A program made the position numbers and the translations under genes. Of a stretch of 32,000 bases of DNA, positions 1-8,920 are shown piece after piece; within the stretch, counting starts at the first letter, position 1; every line of letters begins with the position of its first letter. The DNA is taken from positions 2,100,001 through 2,132,000 of the forward strand of contig JAIZWK010000001.1 of assembly GCA_021498095.1 (NCBI GenBank). Reading direction: 5' to 3'. The notes under the pieces were generated by a model that saw nothing but the letters and a program-made list of their open reading frames with translations, had not been told where the DNA came from and did no database searches. The DNA comes from Candidatus Harpocratesius repetitus. GTDB lineage: Archaea; Asgardarchaeota; Lokiarchaeia; Sigyniarchaeales; Promethearchaeaceae.

Positions 1-13
1 TTATGAACAGTTA

Positions 14-2776
14 ATGAATTTATTTGGAAAGGAACAGCGACAATTTTCAAATCTTACCGTACGTTGGGTTCTCTATTCTAGTTTTGGAGAAGATCCTCAA
101 AAGAAAGTAATCGATTCCATTTGTGATCTTATTTTTGACAAAAGTAGTTCAGTTGAGCGAATTGATTCTGAATTTTGCGGAATTACTGAAATATATCACT
201 TTTTACCCCAATTGAGATGGAAATGCAGTAGTTCTGATAGTGATCAAATAATAAATGTATCAATACCTGGTCATCGGTTGCTGAATATATCTATCGATGA
301 TGATAATATTTTGATTAGTTTTATGCCTCATGGAATTAGGAAAATTACAGGATTTCCAGTTGAGTTTCCAGTTGCATGGGGACAATTTATTTTGGTAGGA
401 ATTACTGAAACAACAGATGGTAAAGAATTGCTTCAATTATTGAAGAAAATATTATATTTGCAAGAATCTGAAAGTGTAGATCATCCCGAGAGCATAGATC
501 AGTCTGCAGGCAAAGATCAACTTAATAAATCCACTTTAAACATTGATAGTTTGAAACCACGTGCTCGCTGTTCCAGTTGTGAAGGAATTTTGTTATTACG
601 ACCACTTCCTCAAAATAAAGATCCCAAAGATCCTATTTCAAATCGAAATTTCATATGTACGGATTGTTTGATGGCTGCGTTGAAGTATTATGAAGAATTA
701 GAAGATCAGATAATCGAACAAGAGCAAAAAGGGAAGATTGAAGGCAATATTGAGACATTGCTTGATATTATTGATGGGGGGATTACATTGGCGCGGAATC
801 TTCAAGATGAACGTCTTATGCACGAATTTTTTATGTTTCGCGCTTTTGTTTTAGTTAAAAGTGATGATCCAGAGATTCTTGAAGAAGCTCAAGATTTGGT
901 TGAAATTGTCTCTGATTTTGCCGAAGCAAATGAATACTCTAAATTGAGTCGAAATGCAACTCAACTGAGAAAAACCATCATTAAGAAGAAGTCAAAATTA
1001 AGTGATTCTAAAATTGAAAAAATAGAAAGTATAGAAACAAAAATTACCGCTGAATCAGGAATAAAAATTGCAGATAACGCAGAGGCAAAAATTACTAATA
1101 AAGTAGATTCAAATATATCCAGTTTAGTGCAGAATGAATTAGCTAAAGAATTAATTGATGAAGTATCTACTAAAAATTCTACCGATTTAGAGTTTGTAAT
1201 GCCTGATGATATAGAACTGGACGAAGATGCAATGGCATTGGGTGAAGCTTTAAATTACGTTCCTAATGAATCAGATCTGACTACAAAAGTTCCATTTATC
1301 GAAACTGAACAACAAACAATTTCTGAAGTTTCAAAAAAATCTACCGCTGCAAAAATTCCCAAAGTCATCAAAAATCTAAAAATTCCTAAAATTCCTAAAG
1401 TCCCTAAAAACTCTAAAGTCCCTAAAAATGAAATGGTAAATAAAATTCTACAAGACTTGCCTCTTAAGAGTATTTCCAAAGCTACTGAAAATTTCCCAAA
1501 ATCAGAAGAAGTTTCATCATCACCTCCAACAATTACTGCATTCAAAAATGAGAGAACATTGATGAATAATGAAAATAATGATTCAAAAATATCAAGTATC
1601 AGTGAGAGAAGCCAAGAAACTGTTGCATATTTTCAAGATGATGAAGAAGACGATGATGAATTTGCGATTCCAAACATACCAAAGCGAAAACCAATACAGA
1701 TTCCAAATTTAAACATTGAAACCACGCTTTCACAAGATGAAACACAATCTTCAGCGACTTTAAGTTCTGCAGAAAGTGTTGCAGATTCTAATTTTCACTC
1801 TTCTGAAGGTATAGAAAATCAATCAAATGTCGAATTTTCTATTAATTCAGAGACTATCCCTTCAAAATCTGAATTAAAGGACAAAAGTTTGGATAAAAAA
1901 CCAGAATTTGATTCTGAAGAAAGAATAGAAAATAATCTAAAAGAAAATGTTGGAGGAATTATTGAAGGAAAGAGAGAAGAGAGTTTTGATAATCTCTTAG
2001 ATAAAAGTTCAGAAAATCTTAATAAATCCAAGAAATTTGAAAATGTGCTATTTTTCGGTGTTCCTAAAGAAGAAGAATCTTCCGAACAAGAAGAAAGTGG
2101 AAAGGAATTATTTCAGTTTTTCAATCTATCCCGAAAATTGAGTACAAAGGATGAAAATGTTCAGAAATCTGGTCGAGAAGAAATTTTTAAACCAAGTTTA
2201 ATAATAAGACGGGGTAAAAAATCCAAGAAAGCAAAGAAAAAAACAGATAAAATGAAAGAGAGAGAAGATCACAGAAATAGAGAAGAAAGAAAAGATAATC
2301 AAGATTTATCAGAAATCTCCAATTTTAATAAGAAAATAGCTGGACCTAGGAAAATTACCGATCTTAAAGAAATTATTAAGACAAAAGATATTTCTAAATC
2401 CATAGATAATTCTAAGCCTCAAGTTATTTCTAAACCTCAAGTTATTTCTAAACCTCAAGTTATTTCTAAGCCTCAAGTTATTTCTAAACCTCAAGTTATT
2501 TCTAAGCCTCAAGTTATTTCTCTGCCTATAGATAAATCATTACATCAAGATACATTAGATTCACAAAAAAATCGATATGAATCGAAATCTGAAAAATTAA
2601 CTATAGAACAAAAAATTCAGAAAAATAAAAATAAACAAAGTGTACAGGGAATTCAATATGTTAAAAAATTTAAAAGACGACATTCTGTAAGGCAAAAGAA
2701 AATAGAATTATGCCCAATGTGTGGAAAGGTCGCTCAAGAATGTACATGTGGTTATATGCAAATGCGAAATCGATAA
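14..2776 (+). CDS. Large hypothetical protein: N-terminal globular region, CxxC..CxxC Zn finger, long low-complexity/disordered region, C-terminal CxxC-x6-CxC knuckle; may be 5'-truncated
   Basis: 920-aa ORF with CSSC...CTDC and terminal CPMCGKVAQECTCG; long E/K/S-rich tract. The frame is open to the window edge (tat gaa cag tta atg), so the true start may lie upstream. Confidence 0.8.
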   Translation: MNLFGKEQRQFSNLTVRWVLYSSFGEDPQKKVIDSICDLIFDKSSSVERIDSEFCGITEIYHFLPQLRWKCSSSDSDQIINVSIPGHRLLNISIDDDNILISFMPHGIRKITGFPVEFPVAWGQFILVGITETTDGKELLQLLKKILYLQESESVDHPESIDQSAGKDQLNKSTLNIDSLKPRARCSSCEGILLLRPLPQNKDPKDPISNRNFICTDCLMAALKYYEELEDQIIEQEQKGKIEGNIETLLDIIDGGITLARNLQDERLMHEFFMFRAFVLVKSDDPEILEEAQDLVEIVSDFAEANEYSKLSRNATQLRKTIIKKKSKLSDSKIEKIESIETKITAESGIKIADNAEAKITNKVDSNISSLVQNELAKELIDEVSTKNSTDLEFVMPDDIELDEDAMALGEALNYVPNESDLTTKVPFIETEQQTISEVSKKSTAAKIPKVIKNLKIPKIPKVPKNSKVPKNEMVNKILQDLPLKSISKATENFPKSEEVSSSPPTITAFKNERTLMNNENNDSKISSISERSQETVAYFQDDEEDDDEFAIPNIPKRKPIQIPNLNIETTLSQDETQSSATLSSAESVADSNFHSSEGIENQSNVEFSINSETIPSKSELKDKSLDKKPEFDSEERIENNLKENVGGIIEGKREESFDNLLDKSSENLNKSKKFENVLFFGVPKEEESSEQEESGKELFQFFNLSRKLSTKDENVQKSGREEIFKPSLIIRRGKKSKKAKKKTDKMKEREDHRNREERKDNQDLSEISNFNKKIAGPRKITDLKEIIKTKDISKSIDNSKPQVISKPQVISKPQVISKPQVISKPQVISKPQVISLPIDKSLHQDTLDSQKNRYESKSEKLTIEQKIQKNKNKQSVQGIQYVKKFKRRHSVRQKKIELCPMCGKVAQECTCGYMQMRNR
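1379..1429 (+). repeat. Imperfect 9-bp in-frame tandem repeat (KIP/KVP/KNS tripeptides)
   Basis: aaaattcct aaaattcct aaagtccct aaaaactct aaagtccct aaaaat, read directly. Confidence 0.7.
2411..2521 (+). repeat. 18-bp in-frame tandem repeat x6 encoding (SKPQVI)6
   Basis: Six contiguous copies of tctaa(g/a)cctcaagttatt at 2411-2518 plus tct; the units differ only at one synonymous position; no spacers. Confidence 0.97.
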
Positions 2777-2779
2777 TTG

Positions 2780-4333
2780 TTATTTTTTATAATTATGTCT
2801 ATAATTTTGCCTTATTTTCTTTTTTTCTTTTCTTTTTTCATCCAATTCAAATGGAAGAACATTGACTGCTAAATTTCCCATACTTTGAGCAGCTAGCGGT
2901 GAGATTTCATTGTCCGTGGCTTTTCCCATTTTAATTAAGCTTAAATACTTTATTTTATTTTTAGATTGAAACCAGTTTAGAAAATCTTCAAAATGAGTGA
3001 ATTTTCTCGTTTTTTTCGTTACCCAATATCCATTTTCAATATACGATTTCGGATGTTTTTCTCTAAATCTCGCAACATGTTCTTCAGCCTCTATTTCGGG
3101 TCCTATTCGGAGATATTCTTTAGAAATTTCAGGTGTTGAGGTAAATAATGCTAATACATAATCACCTTGGTTTGCATCAAAAATCAATTCTCCAATTACA
3201 TCTTCAAATCGTGCTTCTAATGTAAGTTCATTCTCTGCTTGTTTTATCAATTTTTCAAGTAATGAATAAATTTTATCTCTAAATTTGGTGTAATGGGCAT
3301 AATCTGTTGTCTGCCATTCCAAATAAAAAAAATTTGATATTGGAAAGGATTGATGGCAATTACGAATATCTGGTAAAGGTTTGAACTTGAAAAATTCCAT
3401 GGATGGCTGTTCTAAGAATGATTTAAATGCATGTTTTACCACACGATAAGCGCGTATTGAAACAGAGGAACCTACATTTCGATGAAAATCAGTAGGATCA
3501 ATTATAATTAAGAAATCATTAGGAAAATATTGTTTTCGAATCTGCTTAATATTTAGATTTGCATAGGGATTAACTACATTTGGATTTTTTGGAGATAAAA
3601 ATAATATAATGTTTTCTAGATCTTCAAAATGTTCCATGAAATTTAGGACTGTTTTATATTTTATGATAAATAGTTCTGCTAAATATCCAATAAAGCCACT
3701 TCGCCCAACAGCGCTTTTATCTCCATAACAGTGTAATTTTTGAAATAAATATTTTAAAACACGCACTTCGTCTTTCTGTTCATCTAAAAGATGTTCTAAA
3801 ACATAACGAGTATGATGGGGAGATCTATCTACTGCTGTCAGAGGTCCACGTTGAAATAAAAATTCATCGGAAATATCAAAACAAAAAACAATATCTAATT
3901 TTACATTTTGATATATGGCTGAAACATAAGGATGTTCAGCATATTTCATGACTGGATTTTGTAGACCTGCATTATTAAAAACAGGGATCAACCAAGATAT
4001 AATCATATCTTTAAATAATTCTCGAATTTTGTTTCTAAGATAAGACTTTGATTTCTGCTTAAGATCTGGTAAAATAGATGGATCTAATCCAATGAATAAA
4101 TCTATATCAGAAGAGTTTCTTAATGCAGTATCTTTTAATCCTGTTGATCCTTGAGGTGTTATGAAATTTATTTTTAGATTTTTTTGAGGAACTGAGTTGA
4201 AAATGACAGTGCTTACATAATCCACAATTGATGCAAGTTTTTTTCTTTCTTGAGAAGTAGGATTTAGTTCTGCTTTTTTAAGATTGATCATCGATTGAAT
4301 TTGATTTCGTATTTCAAGTGATAGCATTGTCAT
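2780..4333 (-). CDS. cca: Archaeal (class I) CCA-adding enzyme / tRNA nucleotidyltransferase
   Basis: GSTGLKDTALRNSSDIDLF nucleotidyltransferase motif, YAEHPYV, TAVDRSPHH, EVRVLK, GFIGYLAELF, IIDPTDFHRNV; 517 aa. Confidence 0.93.
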   Translation of the reverse strand: MTMLSLEIRNQIQSMINLKKAELNPTSQERKKLASIVDYVSTVIFNSVPQKNLKINFITPQGSTGLKDTALRNSSDIDLFIGLDPSILPDLKQKSKSYLRNKIRELFKDMIISWLIPVFNNAGLQNPVMKYAEHPYVSAIYQNVKLDIVFCFDISDEFLFQRGPLTAVDRSPHHTRYVLEHLLDEQKDEVRVLKYLFQKLHCYGDKSAVGRSGFIGYLAELFIIKYKTVLNFMEHFEDLENIILFLSPKNPNVVNPYANLNIKQIRKQYFPNDFLIIIDPTDFHRNVGSSVSIRAYRVVKHAFKSFLEQPSMEFFKFKPLPDIRNCHQSFPISNFFYLEWQTTDYAHYTKFRDKIYSLLEKLIKQAENELTLEARFEDVIGELIFDANQGDYVLALFTSTPEISKEYLRIGPEIEAEEHVARFREKHPKSYIENGYWVTKKTRKFTHFEDFLNWFQSKNKIKYLSLIKMGKATDNEISPLAAQSMGNLAVNVLPFELDEKRKEKKKIRQNYRHNYKK

Positions 4334-5233
4334 TCACGAAGTCGAGTCTGGCCCTGAGCTTTTTTGAGCTGCCAAGAATTCATCCAAAGTTTCTTTTGGT
4401 GGTCGATGGAAAGCATTCAATAAAATTTGAAAATCATTTTCGATTTGGATTCTATCGAAAGGAAGAACTGAAATATTTATCATACCATCTGATGTTGGTC
4501 CATTTCTTTTTGCTTTATTTCTTTGTTCTATAGGTGAAAGAGATGAAGTATTGTATAATTCAATGGCTTTTACTCTTCCTCGCTGAATGAAAATTCTTGG
4601 AGTATAATTTGCGAAAAAGAAACGTCCTTCTGGAATATTTCCCAATTTAATTCTTTCTTTCACAACTTTTCGTTTTGGTAAAAAAGAGATAAGTGAAGAT
4701 TGGGTACTGTATACTGAAGTATTAATTACTATCATTTCGCGGTCTGATTTATCCAAATCCGGAGGTTGGGGTTGATGATCGAGGAGATCTAAAACTTCTG
4801 AAGGTTTTACTTTGTGAAAAATAATAAGATCTTCTGATTGCAAATGTTCACGCCAAGCAGTATCAATTCGTAATTGAACTCCTGAAGTTTTTTGGAGTAA
4901 TTCTGTTAGTTCATTTATAGAATATAAATCTGGATTGAAAATTTGAGGTACATTTCCAACTGAATCAAGAGTTTTTTCTTTTAAAGTAGACCATATTTCT
5001 TGAGACATCGCTTCAATTTGATATAAGGTTGCCATATGGCTTTTAATTTCTTTAGCAAGATGATCAACTAAAAACCGATAGACAAGACCTGCCTCTGAGC
5101 CTAAAAATGTATATATGACATGATTAGAATCATCAGTGATAATATATGCTTTTTTAGGATTAATTTGACTTCCTAATGTATCTCCATGAATTTCACGTGT
5201 TTCGACAGAAGTAAGTGCTTCAAATAATTGCAA
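4334..5233 (-). CDS. Gelsolin-like protein: one gelsolin domain plus a C-terminal Asgard 'X'-type domain (1DGelX-like)
   Basis: N-terminal AYIITDDSNHVIYTFLGSEAGLVYRFLVDHLAKEIK matches the gelsolin-repeat pattern (hhhD..hhhWhG.......h..A..h). The C-terminal REMIVI..VYS..LGNIPEGRFFFANYTPRIFIQRGRVKAIEL resembles, from recall, the X domain of Asgard gelsolins. GAGGAG lies 9 nt upstream of the TTG start. Confidence 0.65.
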   Translation of the reverse strand: MQLFEALTSVETREIHGDTLGSQINPKKAYIITDDSNHVIYTFLGSEAGLVYRFLVDHLAKEIKSHMATLYQIEAMSQEIWSTLKEKTLDSVGNVPQIFNPDLYSINELTELLQKTSGVQLRIDTAWREHLQSEDLIIFHKVKPSEVLDLLDHQPQPPDLDKSDREMIVINTSVYSTQSSLISFLPKRKVVKERIKLGNIPEGRFFFANYTPRIFIQRGRVKAIELYNTSSLSPIEQRNKAKRNGPTSDGMINISVLPFDRIQIENDFQILLNAFHRPPKETLDEFLAAQKSSGPDSTS

Positions 5234-5330
5234 TTCAAAATTCTCCTCTTAAGCAAGCATTTCTTTTTTTACTTATAAATATCTCTTATGTATCAGAAAA
5301 TAAATATTTTTAAGTTGAAGAATTTTTTAA

Positions 5331-5930
5331 GTGTTAATGAAATTATGTGCTTCGGCTTCGCATGGAATTTATTTTAATTGTACTCAATGCGGAAAATGTT
5401 GCTCTAGCGATTCCGAAGGATATATTTTTGTTTTTTGGAACGATATAAAGCGTATTTCAACTTTTTTAAAGTTAAGTTATGAAGAATTTGCACAAAAATA
5501 TTTGAATATAGTAGAATTTGAATTCACTTTATGGGATACAAATTTAGAAAATACACATATTCAGAAATCCATGGATACTCTTGTACTAAATTTTAGTCTG
5601 GATCAAAATTGTATATTTTTAATATCCATTGATGAAATATGGGGTTGTCAAATTTATCAAGCTAGGCCTAAACAATGTGAATTATATCCTTTTTGGTCAA
5701 TGATTATGATTTCTGAACGAAATTTTATTAATCATCAAAGAATATGTCCAGGATTTCGCATTAAAGGTGAAGAGAAGGATTATTATAATCCAAATCAAAT
5801 TGAAAAGCTAGTAAAAATTGAGCGAAAAATTGAACGTGATTATTATTTAAAAATGAAAGAAGTCAATTTTGATATTTTTCAGATGTATCCGTTTTTGAAA
5901 AATGTTCGCAAATTTAGAATTAATAAATAA
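5331..5930 (+). CDS. YkgJ/UPF0153 family cysteine-cluster (putative Fe-S/Zn) protein
   Basis: FNCTQCGKCC, CIFL, CQIYQARPKQCELYPFW and ICPG motifs. Confidence 0.88.
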   Translation: MLMKLCASASHGIYFNCTQCGKCCSSDSEGYIFVFWNDIKRISTFLKLSYEEFAQKYLNIVEFEFTLWDTNLENTHIQKSMDTLVLNFSLDQNCIFLISIDEIWGCQIYQARPKQCELYPFWSMIMISERNFINHQRICPGFRIKGEEKDYYNPNQIEKLVKIERKIERDYYLKMKEVNFDIFQMYPFLKNVRKFRINK

Positions 5931-5964
5931 TTTTAAAAAATTTGACAAGCTAACTTTACGTACT

Positions 5965-8430
5965 ATGACTTATGCAAATAAGATTCTTCGCATCAACTTG
6001 GAAACGCAAGAAATACGCGAAGAACCTTTGGATTTTGAAATTGTGCAGAAATATTTAGGTGGTCGTGGGCTCGGAGTAAAAATTTTGTATGATGAACTCC
6101 AACCGAAAATTGATCCATTATCTTCTGCAAATAAAATTGCAGTAATGACCGGCCCGATGACTGGAACAATTTCTCCTACCTCATCTCGTTGGTGTATGGT
6201 GTTTAAAAGCCCTTTAACCAAAAATACATTAAATGATACTCACTGCGGTGGTTCTCTTGGAATTCAATTAAAAAAAGCAGGATTTGATGGAATTATTATT
6301 GAAGGTAAGTCTCCAAATCCATGCTATATTCATATTCAAGATTCTAAAGTAGAAATTTTAGATGCCTCTGATTTATGGGGTAAAGATACATATGAAACGC
6401 AGCAAAAATTAAAAGAAAAACATGAACGTCATTCTGTCGCTTCAATTGGACCTGCTGGAGAAAATTTAGTGAAATTTGCATGTATTTTGAACGATGCTCG
6501 ATATGCAGGTAGAGGCGGGATAGGTGCAGTATGGGGATCAAAGAACCTTAAAGCAATTGCAGTAAAAGGATCAAATCGAATTGTTCCTGCGAATGAATAT
6601 GCTTTTAAGAAGGTTACTCGTAAATTTCTTAATATTCTTAAAGGACACCCTATTACAGGAACAGGATTGGGATTATATGGAACACCTATTTTAACCACTG
6701 CGGTTAACAAGTCAGGTGTTCTTCCTGTAAAGAATTTTCAAGAAGGTATTTTTGACAATGTTCGAGCTATTGCAGGAGAGACTTTAAGAGAACTTTTGGT
6801 TAAGCAAGTACCTTGCCAAGGATGCCCTATTGGTTGTGGGCGTTCATTGAAATTTGAAGATAATACCACTCATTTAGAATATGAATCGTTATGGGCTTTG
6901 GGTCCAAATTGCAATATTAGCGATTTGAAGATTATTTTTGAAGCCAGTGAAAAATGTAATCGTTATGGATTAGATACTATTTCTACAGGAAATGCAATTG
7001 CTTGGTATATGGAATGTGCTGAACGAGGTTTGGTTTCAGACGCTCCTAAATTTGGGGATGGTGATGGACTATTAAAACTTATTGATGATATTGCCACCCA
7101 GACTAATTCAGGACAATTATTGGCTCAAGGAGTAAAGAATGCTGCAGAAAAAATTGGTCAAGGTTCTTCTGATTTCGCATGCCATGTAAAAGGATTAGAA
7201 ATGCCTGCATATGATCCTCGGGGAATCAAAGGGATGGCATTAAGTTATGCAACTTCAAACACTGGTGCAACTCATTTAAAAGCTTATACGGTTATTCAAG
7301 AAATACTCAGTACTCCACATTATGTCGATCCTTTAGCAGAAGAGGGGAAAGCAGAATTAGTTAAAGAAATGCAAGATGTTTATGCTACGTTAGACTCTGC
7401 AGAATGGTGTAAATTTACTTCAATGGCTGTTTTCTCAACATTAAAATGTGAAGTTGATATTTATGCCCAATTACTTACAACCGCCACAGGCTTTTTCATT
7501 GATTCTGCAGAATTTAAGAAAATTGGTGAACGAATATACAATTTAGAGCGATTATTCAATTACCGAGAAGGTCTATCTCGGGTAGATGATGAATTACCTA
7601 AACGATTTTTAACAGAAAAATTGCCTGCAGGACCTGCTAAGGGACAAGTTGTGGATAATTCTGCATTATTGACTCAATTTTACCGTCTTCGAGGCTGGGA
7701 AGATGATGGAAGTCCATCTGATCGTAAATTAGAAGAATTGGGTATTAAACCATTGCACACATCTGCAAAGCTTCAAGTTGCATTAGATTTACGAGATATG
7801 GATGAAGCAATTAAAATTGCCAAGAGTGCAGTTGCTGGTGGTGTTGATTGGTTAGAATGTGGTACACCCTTAGTAAAATCAGTTGGAATGGACATCGTTC
7901 GAAAACTACGGGAATTATTCCCACATAAGACCATTGTATGCGATTTAAAAACCATGGATACTGGCTTTTTAGAATCAGAAATGGCACATTTAGCAGGAGC
8001 TGATATTGTTTGTATTTTAGGAATTGCACCTGATACTACAATTGTTGATGCTGTTGGTGCTGGAAAGAAATTTGGAATTAAGATCCATGCTGATTTAATT
8101 GGTGTATCTAATCCAATCGAACGAGCAATCGAACTTGAAAAACTCGGTGTAGATTACATTGGTTTACATATCGGAATCGATACTCAATTAAGATCAGGTT
8201 TCGATAAAGTACCCTATCCTACATTAAAGAAGTTGAAAGAATCGATCAAAATTCCTGTGGCAGTCGCTGGAGGATTAAATGCTGAAACAATTCCAAAAGC
8301 TGTAGCAACAGGTGCTGATATTCTTATTGTAGGTGGTGCAATTACTCGGTCTGCCAACCCTGAACAAGCTACCCGCCGATTAAAAGAAAAAATCCGAGAA
8401 GCATCGCTTCAGAATGCAAAAAATACATGA
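5965..8430 (+). CDS. aor-hps: Fusion: tungsten/molybdenum aldehyde:ferredoxin oxidoreductase (AOR family) + C-terminal 3-hexulose-6-phosphate synthase (HPS, OMPDC-like barrel)
   Basis: AOR part: KILRINL, YLGGRGLG, AGRGGIGAVWGSKNLKAIAV, CQGCPIGC (6814-6837) plus WCKF, EYESLWALG, YGLDTISTG, HVKGLEMPAYDPRG, GERIYNLERLFN. HPS part from about 7765: LQVALD, ECGTPL, DLKTMDTG, HIGIDTQ, VAVAGG, IVGGAIT. ATG 5965 (MTYANKILRINL) fits a typical AOR N-terminus better than the ORF-track start at 5902. Confidence 0.93.
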   Translation: MTYANKILRINLETQEIREEPLDFEIVQKYLGGRGLGVKILYDELQPKIDPLSSANKIAVMTGPMTGTISPTSSRWCMVFKSPLTKNTLNDTHCGGSLGIQLKKAGFDGIIIEGKSPNPCYIHIQDSKVEILDASDLWGKDTYETQQKLKEKHERHSVASIGPAGENLVKFACILNDARYAGRGGIGAVWGSKNLKAIAVKGSNRIVPANEYAFKKVTRKFLNILKGHPITGTGLGLYGTPILTTAVNKSGVLPVKNFQEGIFDNVRAIAGETLRELLVKQVPCQGCPIGCGRSLKFEDNTTHLEYESLWALGPNCNISDLKIIFEASEKCNRYGLDTISTGNAIAWYMECAERGLVSDAPKFGDGDGLLKLIDDIATQTNSGQLLAQGVKNAAEKIGQGSSDFACHVKGLEMPAYDPRGIKGMALSYATSNTGATHLKAYTVIQEILSTPHYVDPLAEEGKAELVKEMQDVYATLDSAEWCKFTSMAVFSTLKCEVDIYAQLLTTATGFFIDSAEFKKIGERIYNLERLFNYREGLSRVDDELPKRFLTEKLPAGPAKGQVVDNSALLTQFYRLRGWEDDGSPSDRKLEELGIKPLHTSAKLQVALDLRDMDEAIKIAKSAVAGGVDWLECGTPLVKSVGMDIVRKLRELFPHKTIVCDLKTMDTGFLESEMAHLAGADIVCILGIAPDTTIVDAVGAGKKFGIKIHADLIGVSNPIERAIELEKLGVDYIGLHIGIDTQLRSGFDKVPYPTLKKLKESIKIPVAVAGGLNAETIPKAVATGADILIVGGAITRSANPEQATRRLKEKIREASLQNAKNT

Positions 8431-8481
8431 AAACTAAAGTCTTAAAAGCTTAAAGGCTTAAATATTTGAATTTATCAATGT

Positions 8482-8775
8482 GTGAGAAAATTGATTAAAA
8501 TCATCCTTACTTTTTTTGCTAATTTACAACCACTTTTTGGTGAAGAACAGGTAATCTATGTAGAATATCCAATAAGAATTATTGAGATCTTTCTATTATT
8601 CAAGACTAAGGAAGGAATTAGGGCAGATAATGTGTTTTTAGATGGAAATATTTCATTAAAAGAAGATTTCAACATTCTTCTAAATGGAAGGCATATTCTT
8701 GCTTTTAATGGGCTTAAAACAATTATAAATGAAGATTGTGAAATATCCTTTTTCCCAAAAATAGGTGGGGGATAA
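8482..8775 (+). CDS. moaD: MoaD/ThiS/SAMP ubiquitin-like sulfur carrier
   Basis: 97 aa; ILLNGR..., ends ISFFPKIGGG (C-terminal Gly-Gly); directly downstream of a pterin-dependent enzyme. Confidence 0.85.
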   Translation: MRKLIKIILTFFANLQPLFGEEQVIYVEYPIRIIEIFLLFKTKEGIRADNVFLDGNISLKEDFNILLNGRHILAFNGLKTIINEDCEISFFPKIGGG

Positions 8776-8920
8776 AGAAAAATTTCAAGATTTTCATCTG
8801 TAAGAAAGAATGAGTTAAAAGAATGAGAAAAAAAGATTAAAAATCAAGATTTCAAGTGAAGTTAAGTTTTAACGATTATTTTTTCTTGATCATATTTGAC
8901 CAGTTTTTGATTTGCAGCGA

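Noticed and set aside
1255-2031. Antisense ORFs 1255-1545 and 1819-2031
   Set aside because: Fully inside the 920-aa gene on the opposite strand, with shadow-like composition.
2309-2512. Minus-strand ORF (RNNLRF repeats)
   Set aside because: Antisense shadow of the 18-bp repeat.
2411-2521. CRISPR array
   Set aside because: The repeats are contiguous with no spacers and are in frame in a gene; no cas genes are present.
5902-5964. ORF-track N-terminal extension of AOR-HPS
   Set aside because: It overlaps ykgJ; family similarity begins at ATG 5965.
5970-8029. Antisense ORFs within aor-hps
   Set aside because: Shadows of a strongly supported gene.
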